Assembly (NCBI GenBank): GCA_040755005.1
Contig: JBFMBV010000007.1
Span: 1,181-65,180 of the forward strand
From: Bacillota bacterium
GTDB taxonomy: Bacteria > Bacillota > Sulfobacillia > JBFMBV01
Direction of reading: 5' to 3'
DNA length: 64,000 bases
Shown here: positions 17,789-27,056 of the stretch, in pieces
Layout of the letters: every line of letters begins with the position of its first letter
Numbering within the stretch: position 1 is the first letter of the stretch
Position numbers and translations under genes: made by a program
The notes under the pieces: model-generated
What the model was told of the DNA's origin: nothing
The model's database searches: none
Seen by the model: only the letters and a program-made list of their open reading frames with translations

Positions 17789-18975
17789 CTCAAGTCCTCC
17801 CCCCGTGACCTCTGCTTGCGTCCAAATGCGGACAGGACTAGACCCATCAGCGGATAACGGTACTGAAGCCGCATGGCCCGTTGCGGGCACAGCTCGTGGC
17901 AGCACAAGCAGCCAATGCAGCGCCTAAGCTGTAGCTCCGGGCGGCCTCGCTGCATCGTCACGGCACTGACCGGGCAGTTCGCTACGCAGGCCGCACACCC
18001 GTTGCACCCCGGGCCAGGCACAGGGTCGCTCTTAATCAACCCCCACCCCAGCCGCATCAGCCAGGGCGGTATTCGGGCTATGGCGCTGTTCGGCAGCTTC
18101 AGCGGCCGGCAAACCGAGGCCAGGGGCACCCCAATCAACTCAATGCCCTCCAGCGAGACTGGCCCCAGACCACGCGCGGCTGCCCGCCGCAGGACAGGCA
18201 CGCGCCCCGGGTCCACGCCAGCCATGGCCGCAGCCACCGTGTCCAGGGCGATGCCGTCCCTGGACGCGACCAGGCAGCGTGTCCACACCGGCGCACCGGC
18301 CGAGGGCCCATCCCCTTCCATGGCCAGGACGGCGTCGAGGATGTTCAACCGGGGCCGCACGGCGAAATAGATATCGAGCAGGCAGTCGGCGAAGTCGTCC
18401 ACAACCGGGCACAGCCTGTGATACTCGCCCTTGCCCACTCCGGGCACGGTACCGAACATGTTCTTGACGGCCGCGCTCAACAGGGTCAGCGTATGGGTCT
18501 TCAGCTTGGGGAGGTTGATGATGGCCTGTGCCTCCACCGCCGCCCTGGCTAGATGCAGGACGCGCACCCTGGCCCCAGGCCTCCCTACCTCCACAGCCAC
18601 GGCCCTGTCGCCGTCGAAGTTGACCGGCTGCCCCCCAGCCCTGGCCAGGGCAGCATTCATCCCGCTGCCGCTGTACACGGCCCGGGCGCGGTTCGGGTTG
18701 GTCAGGCCTCCGCCGGGGCTGTCCCCACCGAGGGGAATGCCCCCGGCGGCGGCCACTGCGCGTGCAACAGCTTCGATCACGGCCGGGTGCGTCGTCACTG
18801 CAGTCTCCCACGGCCGGGAAGATAGCAGGTTAGGTTTGAGCAGCACGGTCTCCCCGGGCAGGACGATGTCCTGCAGCCCTCCGGTGAGTGCGATGCAATC
18901 CGCGACGGCGGAGGCGACTGCCTCCTGGTTGTAGTCGTTGCAGCGGACGATAGCGACGATCGGCTTGCCGCTCAA
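17785..18975 (-). CDS. DUF362 domain protein with C-terminal 2x[4Fe-4S] ferredoxin
   Basis: VLLKPNLL..VTTHP, INLPKLKTH..AVKNMFG, EGDGP; CNGCAACVANCP and CIGCLCCHELCP. TTG start with GGAGGT. Confidence 0.88.
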   Translation of the reverse strand: MSGKPIVAIVRCNDYNQEAVASAVADCIALTGGLQDIVLPGETVLLKPNLLSSRPWETAVTTHPAVIEAVARAVAAAGGIPLGGDSPGGGLTNPNRARAVYSGSGMNAALARAGGQPVNFDGDRAVAVEVGRPGARVRVLHLARAAVEAQAIINLPKLKTHTLTLLSAAVKNMFGTVPGVGKGEYHRLCPVVDDFADCLLDIYFAVRPRLNILDAVLAMEGDGPSAGAPVWTRCLVASRDGIALDTVAAAMAGVDPGRVPVLRRAAARGLGPVSLEGIELIGVPLASVCRPLKLPNSAIARIPPWLMRLGWGLIKSDPVPGPGCNGCAACVANCPVSAVTMQRGRPELQLRRCIGCLCCHELCPQRAMRLQYRYPLMGLVLSAFGRKQRSRGEDLR

Positions 18976-19061
18976 GCGGACCTCCATGTGTCGGGATGGC
19001 GGAGGTATTCGCCGCTGGCTGCGGCTGCTCCTCTTGGTACACACCCTCAGCATCCCTGCAG

Positions 19062-20543
19062 CTAGGCTTCGGTCTGTCCCAGCACCACGATGGTGCTCTC
19101 CCGCATGGCGCGCAGCGCCGGCCAGATCCCGAAAGCTAGGGAGACGCCCACCGTCCAGCTCAGGATGCGGGCGCCCACCCGCAACGTCTCCAGGGCGATT
19201 TGGCTGAAGGAGGCGGTGGTGAAAGCCAGCAGACCGACCCAGACCAGACGCATGCAGACAAACCCCGCCGTGGCGCCGACGAGCCCAAACACCAGGGCCT
19301 CGGTGAGCAAGAGGATGAACAGCTCGAGGCCGCTGGCGCCTATGGCCTTGAGCACGCCGAGTTCGCGGCGGCGTTGCAGCGCCAGGACGTGCATATTGCC
19401 CGCCAACAGCAGGCCGGCCACGAGCCAGCACAGGGCGACGATGTACCTGGTGGCGTCCCAGGCCGCCAAGGCTTGCCCGCGGCGGGTCAGCATGCCGCCG
19501 GCTGCCTCGGGTACGGTAATCACCGTCACGCCGGGCAGGGCCCGTTGCAGCTCGGCCGCCACCAGTTTGGACTGGAGCATGTCGTCCACGGTCACACCGA
19601 AGGCAGGGACAGCCTGCAGCGGCTCACCGTTGACTTCCTCAAACAGGGCGAGCCACGTGGAGGCGGGGACGAACACATCCTCGCCGCTCCAGTAGAACTG
19701 GATGACAGGCGCAGGCAACTCATCTGCTCCGCTCAAGCCCGGCACCCCGAACCCAGAGATAGGACGGTCTGCAGGCAGAAGCTCTGTGGGCGCCTGGTAG
19801 CGCCCCACGGCCAGCAACTCTAACTCGCTGACACGGCTGAAATCGAAGCTTGGGGCCCCCTGCCAGTACCCGGCCAGGGCAGGCAGTAAGAGGTCCAACT
19901 GGTCGCCGACCTTGGTCTCCGGCTGGGGAGCGTAGACGTTGACCAGGGCCACCCGCGACCCTGCGTCCGCGACAGTCAGGGACCGCCCGTAAGACCTCGT
20001 GCCGGTCACACCGGGGACCAGCGTAGCCAAGGCCTCGGCGCCACCGCCCTCAAGATGGCGGCCGATCAGGCGGACCGGCCTCAACCCGATGACCGCACCG
20101 GTCTCGTCATCTGCTACGACGCGCAAGGCGGGCCAGATCAACCGTGGGGTGACGGCAGCCACTCCAGGGACTGCAGCCGCCCGTGCCAGCAGCCCATCCA
20201 GGGGTAGGCCGAGGCGGCGCTCTTCCAGCCGGCGCAGCTGGCCCTCGACGATGATGTTGGGGTAGAAGAACGTCAGCTCAGGAGGGGCGGCCAAGGTAGG
20301 CCAGTCACACACGAGCGCGGGGTCAGAGTCTGCGTGGGTGAAGCGGAACTCACCCGGGAAGACGAAGATGTCCGCGCCGAAGAGGACACGGTAGCGAGCG
20401 TAGGCGCCCGTGGTGTAGCCTGTCGGCATGGCCGTCGCCCCCGTGAGGATTGCTGCCGCCAAAGCCATGGCCAGTATCGCCAGGAGGCTACGGTTCACGT
20501 TCAGGGTGACGTTACGCCAGGCCAAACGCAAGAGGATCGTCAT
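19062..20543 (-). CDS. ABC transporter permease, FtsX/MacB family
   Basis: LRLAWRNV..RSLLAIL; QRRRELGVLKAIGAS; LTEALVFG; WPALRAMR. Confidence 0.85.
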   Translation of the reverse strand: MTILLRLAWRNVTLNVNRSLLAILAMALAAAILTGATAMPTGYTTGAYARYRVLFGADIFVFPGEFRFTHADSDPALVCDWPTLAAPPELTFFYPNIIVEGQLRRLEERRLGLPLDGLLARAAAVPGVAAVTPRLIWPALRVVADDETGAVIGLRPVRLIGRHLEGGGAEALATLVPGVTGTRSYGRSLTVADAGSRVALVNVYAPQPETKVGDQLDLLLPALAGYWQGAPSFDFSRVSELELLAVGRYQAPTELLPADRPISGFGVPGLSGADELPAPVIQFYWSGEDVFVPASTWLALFEEVNGEPLQAVPAFGVTVDDMLQSKLVAAELQRALPGVTVITVPEAAGGMLTRRGQALAAWDATRYIVALCWLVAGLLLAGNMHVLALQRRRELGVLKAIGASGLELFILLLTEALVFGLVGATAGFVCMRLVWVGLLAFTTASFSQIALETLRVGARILSWTVGVSLAFGIWPALRAMRESTIVVLGQTEA

Positions 20544-20552
20544 GGCGCCCTC

Positions 20553-21722
20553 CTAGAACCCGCCGCAGCGGCCGCACTGCGCGCAGGAAGGGTTCGTGTC
20601 CAGGTACACCCGCCGGTTGTGCAGAAGCTGGTCGACAGTGGCGTCGCGGCAGAGGCGGCCGGGGATCTGGCCCGCCAGCATGCCGATGCCAACGGTGAAC
20701 ATGACCGCCAGGCTGACGGAGGCAGGGGTCAGCCGGTAGTCCCCGCCCACGGCTGAGGCGCGGAGCAGCGCTATCCCGGCTGCGCTGCCAGCCAGCCCTA
20801 GGGAGGCCCCGGCGACCGACGTCACTGCCGCTTCAAGCATCAGCACTGCCCGGGCCTCGTTGTGGCTGGCGCCCAGGGCCTTGAGGATGCCGAAACTGCG
20901 CTTGCGCTGGAGGAAACCCAGGAGCAGGATGTTGAGGGCGCCCAATCCGGACATGAGGAAGATCAACATCGCCAGCGGGACCCCACCGGCCAGGGCCGCC
21001 TTGGCCAGGTTGCCTGCCAGGTAGTGCCCATGGCCTGATGTATACATGAGTGTGGCATCGAGCCGCGTGTAGATCTGCTGGAGAGTGCGTTCAGGGATGC
21101 TGACCGCGCCGCCGCCGACGATAAGCAGGTTCGGCCCGCGGACGCCTGGCCTGAGCTTGGCATCCAGGGCACTGTACACCGGGGTCTCCAGCAGGCCGAA
21201 GCCCGTGGTGAACAGCGCTACCACCTGGTGCCTGACCGGCATTAGGTACCCGCCGGGCGGCGCCGGGATGAAAGTGGTGAACCGGTCCCCGACGGATAGC
21301 CCGGTCTGGCGGGCAAGGCTGAGGGGCAGCATGACCTGGCCCGGCTCGGCAGGCCATGCCCCCTCCGACAAGGGCAGCACCCCAGCGGCCATGCTCTCGG
21401 GAGCCAGGGCCACCGCACGGTGCATACCCGCACTAGTGTAGGCATCGAAGACGTAGCCGGCTTCGAACTTAGTGATAGCTCCCCAAATTCGCTGCAATGA
21501 CGCGATCTCAGCCGCGTCAAAGAAGCGGCTGGTGACGTACATCGCCTCGCCCGGTACGGCCACAGGCTGTGCCGTACCCGCCATGCGGCGTGAGGTGAGG
21601 TCGATGTGGGACTGGATGAGCAGGAAGACCGCCATGCCCGCGGCCAGGGACAGGGCGATGAGGGCGGAGGCCAGCCAACGGCGTCTCAGGTGCCGCCCGG
21701 CCAGGGCCAGGACCGGGCTCAC
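20553..21722 (-). CDS. ABC transporter permease, FtsX/MacB family, with a C-terminal CxxCxxC tail
   Basis: LAGRHLRRR; QRKRSFGILKALGAS; ends NPSCAQCGRCGGF. Confidence 0.85.
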   Translation of the reverse strand: MSPVLALAGRHLRRRWLASALIALSLAAGMAVFLLIQSHIDLTSRRMAGTAQPVAVPGEAMYVTSRFFDAAEIASLQRIWGAITKFEAGYVFDAYTSAGMHRAVALAPESMAAGVLPLSEGAWPAEPGQVMLPLSLARQTGLSVGDRFTTFIPAPPGGYLMPVRHQVVALFTTGFGLLETPVYSALDAKLRPGVRGPNLLIVGGGAVSIPERTLQQIYTRLDATLMYTSGHGHYLAGNLAKAALAGGVPLAMLIFLMSGLGALNILLLGFLQRKRSFGILKALGASHNEARAVLMLEAAVTSVAGASLGLAGSAAGIALLRASAVGGDYRLTPASVSLAVMFTVGIGMLAGQIPGRLCRDATVDQLLHNRRVYLDTNPSCAQCGRCGGF

Positions 21723-22411
21723 GTCGCTTTCACCTCGATGTCACCGATGACCCCGTCGGTCATCCGCACGACGCGGTGCGCGTAGTCGGCAAAGACGCCA
21801 TCGTGGGACACGACCACGAAGGTCTGACCGTTTTCCACGTTGAGTTTGCGGAAGAGGCGCCGGATCTCCTCGCTGTTCTTGGTGTCCAGGTTGCCTGTGG
21901 GTTCGTCCGCCAGCACCAGCGCAGGCTGGTTCGCCAAGGCCCTGGCGATGGCTACCCGCTGCTGCTCACCGCCGGACAGCTCATGGGGTGAGTGATTCGC
22001 CCGGTGCAGCATGCTCACAGTCCCCAGCAGCTCCTCGATGCGGGCGTTGATGACGGCCGGCCTGGCCCCTGCCAGGCGCATTGGCAGGGCGATGTTTTCC
22101 GCGGCGCTGAGGTCATTGAGCAGGTTGAAGAACTGAAAGACGAACCCCAGCTGCCGCCGGCGCAGGCGGGCCAGACCCGTCTCTCCCAGCTTGCTGTAGC
22201 GTTGTCCGTTGAGGACCACGTCGCCATGGGTCGGCTTGTCGAGTCCGCCCAGCAGGTTGAGCAGGGTGGTCTTGCCACAGCCTGACGGGCCCACAATGAC
22301 TACGAACTCACCGGGGATCACGTCGAGGCTGACATTATGCACGGCGAACACGCCGTCGCCGATGCCGAACCACTTGGTCAGGTTGATGCCCTTGAGCAGC
22401 GCATGGCTCAA
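21719..22411 (-). CDS. ABC transporter ATP-binding protein (LolD/MacB-like)
   Basis: [46 protein letters not shown]. Confidence 0.95.
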   Translation of the reverse strand: MSHALLKGINLTKWFGIGDGVFAVHNVSLDVIPGEFVVIVGPSGCGKTTLLNLLGGLDKPTHGDVVLNGQRYSKLGETGLARLRRRQLGFVFQFFNLLNDLSAAENIALPMRLAGARPAVINARIEELLGTVSMLHRANHSPHELSGGEQQRVAIARALANQPALVLADEPTGNLDTKNSEEIRRLFRKLNVENGQTFVVVSHDGVFADYAHRVVRMTDGVIGDIEVKAT

Positions 22412-22547
22412 TCGCCGCACCTCCGTCAGCGTCCCCGGGCTGCGCGGCCCGGTTCACCCTTATTACGACAGAGCGTAAGGATTGGTTCCAGGACCGAAAG
22501 ACATGGGCGGTGCCGTGGCACCGCCCGCAGCTCGTTGCTTCCGGACG

Positions 22548-23411
22548 TCAGCGGCGGTCCAGGTGGCAGGCGATGTTCGCCTCCGCAACGACCACTGGCT
22601 CGAGCAGGGACTTGTCGCCCGTGAGCAGGCAGGTCACCCCGGGTCCGTGGCCCGCGATGTGCGAATCGCAATGGATCACCACGCCGATGGTGACGGCGCC
22701 CTGGCGGTAACTCCGGCCAAAGCTGGCCGAGTGGTCCCTGATGGCCACGACATCCCCCAGGCGCAGCTTGCCCAAGCCGTACTCGGCGATGGATGCTTCG
22801 TCCTGGGTGGTGATGTCGTAGTCGCCCCGCTCGGCGGAGGGGGCCCCCAGGCCTGAACCCATCACCACGGCCGGGACCACCGCCGTGACAGGCACCACCA
22901 GCTTCCGGCCGTCTTGTTGCGCAATCGCCTCGAGCAGGCCCGGATCCAGGTTCATCACCTTGATCTCCGGAAAGTCCAGCAACTCCAAGCCCTGGCCGTA
23001 CCCCTTGATCTGGATCTTGTCGCCAATGGCCAGCTTGTCCAGGTCCTCCGGGACAAAGTCGATGAGGACGTGTTCGATCCCGCCGTGCTTCCCTGTGACC
23101 ACCCCGCGGGCGCCTGTGGCCGCGCCGGACATGGCCGTAGCCGCGTTCCCGATGCAGGCCAGCAGGTTGTACCCGGCGTTGGCCAGTTCATCCTTGTGTT
23201 TTGTGCTGACCCCCGGTTCCACATGGTCCCCGGCCCAGCCGACGGCGCGGTCGCCCACCCTCACATTGTAGGTGATGCCCCCCGTGCCCGGGCCCGCCCG
23301 GGAGACCCCGTCATGGCCGGTGCGGTACGGGGCCCGGACTATGGGTGGCGCCACTTCACCCTGCACGGACACCATCACCAGCCTGTCGACGTTGGTCCTT
23401 AGCTTCCCCAC
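22548..23411 (-). CDS. DUF4438 family protein
   Basis: LRTNVDRLV..VQGEV, PGTGGITYNVRVGD, GDHVEPGVS, ACIGN, VTGKHGG, MGSGLG..GDYDI, GHGPGVT. Confidence 0.8.
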   Translation of the reverse strand: MGKLRTNVDRLVMVSVQGEVAPPIVRAPYRTGHDGVSRAGPGTGGITYNVRVGDRAVGWAGDHVEPGVSTKHKDELANAGYNLLACIGNAATAMSGAATGARGVVTGKHGGIEHVLIDFVPEDLDKLAIGDKIQIKGYGQGLELLDFPEIKVMNLDPGLLEAIAQQDGRKLVVPVTAVVPAVVMGSGLGAPSAERGDYDITTQDEASIAEYGLGKLRLGDVVAIRDHSASFGRSYRQGAVTIGVVIHCDSHIAGHGPGVTCLLTGDKSLLEPVVVAEANIACHLDRR

Positions 23412-23437
23412 TACCCCCACACCCTTCCCGTAGGCTC

Positions 23438-24271
23438 TCACATCCCGTAGTACGACGCCATCGCGATGCAGGTGCGGACAGCGTTGAACACCACCCGGTA
23501 GTCATCGGCGGAGTAAGCGACGCTGACATGTCCGGTCCGCACAGCCCCAGGGACGATGGCGGCCCCGTCCGCCATCACCGTGCGGTTGAAATCCAGCTCC
23601 GCGGTGATGGGGGACTGCAGCCGCCAGGGGCCAGGGCCCTTGCCCGCGATGCGGGCCGCAGCAGCCCGTTTGGCCGCCGCCTTGATCAGCGCCCGGGATG
23701 CCGTTGGGGACAGGCAGTTGGCGGCGGACCGGGTGATGGGGATCTTCACGGCCGCGGTCTCGATCTCGCCCAGCAGTTCCCGGGCCTCCTCACAGAGCAG
23801 GGTGTCGCCGGTCACCAGGACGACGGGCACGTTGTAGACGCCGGCCAGGGCTGCGTTCATCCCCACCTCCCCGACAGGGGCGCCGTTTAGCCTGAGTTCG
23901 CGGACGCTGCGCCCCGAGTAGGTATGATTGAGCACGCCGGGGAGGCCGGCGCGCGCGTGATAGCCGACGAAGCCGGCCATGGCGAAGGTATCATCGACTC
24001 CTTCCATCATGCTCCAAGGCTTGGCGCTCCCCGTGATCAGCCGGGCCCGCTGGTCCAGCTTGTCTGGGAAGAGGTTACGCATGTCGCCGTGGCTGTCGTT
24101 CACGGTGACTTCCTTGGCCCCGCCGGCGTAGAACCCCTCGATGGCCGCATTCACCTCAGCGGTCATCAGTTCCTTCGCCATGACGAGGAACTCGGCGCTG
24201 CTCCCGCCTGTCTGGTGGTCATGCACGACCCCGCTGACTCCCTCAAGGTCCGCCGATATATATACCTTCAC
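23438..24271 (-). CDS. dppA: M55 family D-aminopeptidase (DppA-like)
   Basis: KVYISADLEG, VNDSHG, GYHA, LNHTYS, GEVGMNA, VTGD. Confidence 0.9.
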   Translation of the reverse strand: MKVYISADLEGVSGVVHDHQTGGSSAEFLVMAKELMTAEVNAAIEGFYAGGAKEVTVNDSHGDMRNLFPDKLDQRARLITGSAKPWSMMEGVDDTFAMAGFVGYHARAGLPGVLNHTYSGRSVRELRLNGAPVGEVGMNAALAGVYNVPVVLVTGDTLLCEEARELLGEIETAAVKIPITRSAANCLSPTASRALIKAAAKRAAAARIAGKGPGPWRLQSPITAELDFNRTVMADGAAIVPGAVRTGHVSVAYSADDYRVVFNAVRTCIAMASYYGM

Positions 24272-25287
24272 TTCCAGTCCCTCCTCCGCTTTGCCTCGTC
24301 CAGCTGTATCTCTGCGGCGACGTCGCCGCACACCTCATTCCGGTTGTTCTTGACAGGCCCTGCAAACTCCGCCAGCAGCGGCTCCGCCTCCGCTAGGCTG
24401 ATAGCCTTGAGCTTCAGCAGGCTCCCCAGCACCGCTGGGGCGACCGCGCGGCTGGCGCCGTCCTCCACCTTCACCGCCATCCCCCAACCCCTGTCCGTCA
24501 CCGCCACCCCGTAGACGCCCTCATGCCCGGACTTGGCAACCAGCCGCCCGCCGGTGGCCTGCATGAGGCCGGTGCACAGCCTGCCCGTACCTGCCACCAA
24601 GAAAGGGTAGGAGGTCATCGCCCCGGCCACCCGGTCCAGGGCAGCAGCGCTGGCCCCCGCAGCGGCGGGCTGGGCCAGCAGCGCATAGGCCCGCGCCATC
24701 CCGCTCAAGGGTAGGGCGAACACCGGCACCCCGCAGCCGTCCACGCCGATGCCCACAGCGGACCGCTGCACTCCGCACAGGTCGGCTATCTGGGTCAGGT
24801 AGGCCTGCTGGAGCGGATGCTCAGGCCGCTCATACCCGTCGCGGGTCACGCCTAGGTGCTCGGCAAAGGCCAGCATCCCCGCATGCTTCCCAGAGCAGTT
24901 AGAATGGAGGGCCGTAGTGGGCTCCCCCGCCCTCACCATGGCCTGAGCGGTAGGCTTGTGCAGCGGCGGATGGGTCCCGCAGCACAGCGCCCTTTGATCC
25001 ACGCCCAGCCTGGCCAAGAGGGAGGCCACCGCGGCGATGTGTTCAGCCTGGCCGTTGTGGGAAGCCGACATGATCGCCAGGTCCATGTCGGTCAACCCCA
25101 AGCCTTCGGCGGCGCCCGCCCTGACCGCTGTGGCGGTCTGGAAGGGCTTGGCCGCTGACCGCCAGTAGGTGTAGTAGTGTGGGTCCCCCGCTGACCACAG
25201 CAGGCCGTCCGCATCAGCGACGGCCACATGCACGCGGTGTATGGCCTCGATGATGGTCCCCCGTCTAAGCAGCACCCGGACAGTCAA
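24268..25287 (-). CDS. Rhizobium-type (class 3) L-asparaginase family protein
   Basis: RSAAKPFQ, ASHNG, NCSGKHAGML, DGCGVP, KSGHEG, KVEDG. Confidence 0.88.
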   Translation of the reverse strand: MTVRVLLRRGTIIEAIHRVHVAVADADGLLWSAGDPHYYTYWRSAAKPFQTATAVRAGAAEGLGLTDMDLAIMSASHNGQAEHIAAVASLLARLGVDQRALCCGTHPPLHKPTAQAMVRAGEPTTALHSNCSGKHAGMLAFAEHLGVTRDGYERPEHPLQQAYLTQIADLCGVQRSAVGIGVDGCGVPVFALPLSGMARAYALLAQPAAAGASAAALDRVAGAMTSYPFLVAGTGRLCTGLMQATGGRLVAKSGHEGVYGVAVTDRGWGMAVKVEDGASRAVAPAVLGSLLKLKAISLAEAEPLLAEFAGPVKNNRNEVCGDVAAEIQLDEAKRRRDWK

Positions 25288-25293
25288 CTCAGC

Positions 25294-26352
25294 TCACTCC
25301 TCCCGGCTGGCACCTCTGTGTTGAGCCCACACCTGCAGTTCAGCGAGGGGCAGCCCGTAGCGGACATGTCCATCCCTGCCCGTCATGGTCTCTGCCCCGC
25401 ACAGGGCATTCAGCACCGCTTCCTCAGTGGCCTCGGCCGCAGCGCCGAAAGCCTCGGCGAGGTCCACGTCGTGGACCCGCTCCCTGCCGGGCGTCGCGAA
25501 GGCCAGGACGAAGTCGCCGCTACCGTGGGCCAACCCGGAACCGACCCTTGCCAGACCCACGACAGCCCGCCGTGCCACCCGGCCCAGCTGCCTGGCGTCG
25601 GCCCCCAGGTTTGTGGCCAGGACGACGATGACCGAACCGTCGCCCGGGCGAACGGCCCCCGGACCGCGCGGCGGGCTAAGTGGCACCAGCTCGCCGTCGA
25701 GCCGCAACTCCCCGGCCCGCCCGAAATTGGCCAGGACCAGGCAGCCAACCACAGCGTCGGAGCTCAGCCGGCGGGAGCTGGTGCCGATGCCCCCTTTGTA
25801 ACCGAAGGCGGACATCCCGGTCCCCGCCCCGACGTTCCCTTCGGCGGTCTCGTCTGAGGCCTGGGCGAGGGCTTGCTGCACATGGCGCGCCTTGACGTGG
25901 CGGCCCTGGATGTCGTTGAGGTAGCCGTCATTGCATTCGAGGACTACCGGGTTGACGGTCGGCAGGTCGATGCCGAGGCGCGGGTTGGCGGCGAGCATCC
26001 AGGTGACCAGGGCATCGGCCACCAGCCCCACATTGAGGGTGTTGGTGAGCAGGATGGGAGTCTCCAGCTCGCCGAGTTCGGCGATCTGAGCGAGACCGAT
26101 GGCCTTGCCGAAGCCGTTGATGACCTCGACGGCAGCGGTCACTTTGTCTGTGTAGGGGTTGCCGGGGTGGGGCAGGATGGCTGTGACGCCGGTTCGAACC
26201 GGACCGGACCCAGGGACAAGCGCCCCTTCCCCATGGATCAAGGTCGAATGGCCCACCCTGACACCGGGGACATCGGTGATGGCGTTGCGCGGGCCCGGAG
26301 GGAGCAGGCCGACGGCTACGCCGAGCTCGCGCAAGCGGCTGCGGCCGTTCAC
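25294..26352 (-). CDS. P1/S58 family aminopeptidase (DmpA-like)
   Basis: NAITDVPGVRVGH, RTGVTAILP, NGFGK..GL, ECNDGYLNDI, EGNVGAGTGM, KGGIGTSSR, GDGSVIVVLAT autocleavage site, HGSGD. Confidence 0.9.
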   Translation of the reverse strand: MNGRSRLRELGVAVGLLPPGPRNAITDVPGVRVGHSTLIHGEGALVPGSGPVRTGVTAILPHPGNPYTDKVTAAVEVINGFGKAIGLAQIAELGELETPILLTNTLNVGLVADALVTWMLAANPRLGIDLPTVNPVVLECNDGYLNDIQGRHVKARHVQQALAQASDETAEGNVGAGTGMSAFGYKGGIGTSSRRLSSDAVVGCLVLANFGRAGELRLDGELVPLSPPRGPGAVRPGDGSVIVVLATNLGADARQLGRVARRAVVGLARVGSGLAHGSGDFVLAFATPGRERVHDVDLAEAFGAAAEATEEAVLNALCGAETMTGRDGHVRYGLPLAELQVWAQHRGASREE

Positions 26353-27053
26353 CGGCACGCCTCGATCAAGGCCCGGAATAGCGGTAGGAACGTGCCCTCC
26401 CGCCACATGCACTCTGGGTGCCACTGCACGCCGACGCAAAACCTGTATTCCCCGGCCTCGACGGCCTCGATGACGCCGTCAGGAGCGGTTGCCGTGACGG
26501 CGAAGCCCGCGGGTGGCGTCTTCACCGCCTGATGGTGGAAGCTGTTGACACGGATGGATCCCGGCCCGAACAGTCCAGCCAGGCGGCTCCCCGGGGCGAG
26601 AGACACGGTATGGGTAGGATAGGCGCGTGGCGCCTCTTGCCGGTGCTTGATGGTCCGGGCAGGAAACTCCTCGGCCAGGTCCTGGTAGAGCGTGCCCCCT
26701 GTAGCCACGCAGATGGCCTGCGCCCCTCGGCAGATGCCCAGCATCGGGAGGCCGGTAGCCAGTCCCTGCCTGACCCAGCTGAGTTCGGCGGCATCCCTCG
26801 TCGGTGTGATCGTGCCTAAGCGGCGGTGGGGCTCGGCGCCGAACTGCGCTGGATCCACATCGTGCCCTCCGCTTAGGAGCAGCCCATCCATGGCGGCGAG
26901 GGCCGCGGCCCGCTGACCCTCGTCGGGTGGGTAAGGAAGCATCAGGGGCAGGCCCCCGGCCGCCAGGACGGAACGCACGTAGGCCTCGTCTAACCGATAA
27001 GACCGCGCCTGTTCGTCATAGGCAGGGGTCACCCCGATCACTGGACACCGCAT
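26349..27053 (-). CDS. Peptidase C26 / gamma-glutamyl-GABA hydrolase family
   Basis: LLLSGGHDVDP, GICRGAQ, VNSFHHQAV, GVQWHPE. Confidence 0.9.
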   Translation of the reverse strand: MRCPVIGVTPAYDEQARSYRLDEAYVRSVLAAGGLPLMLPYPPDEGQRAAALAAMDGLLLSGGHDVDPAQFGAEPHRRLGTITPTRDAAELSWVRQGLATGLPMLGICRGAQAICVATGGTLYQDLAEEFPARTIKHRQEAPRAYPTHTVSLAPGSRLAGLFGPGSIRVNSFHHQAVKTPPAGFAVTATAPDGVIEAVEAGEYRFCVGVQWHPECMWREGTFLPLFRALIEACR

Positions 27054-27056
27054 GGT

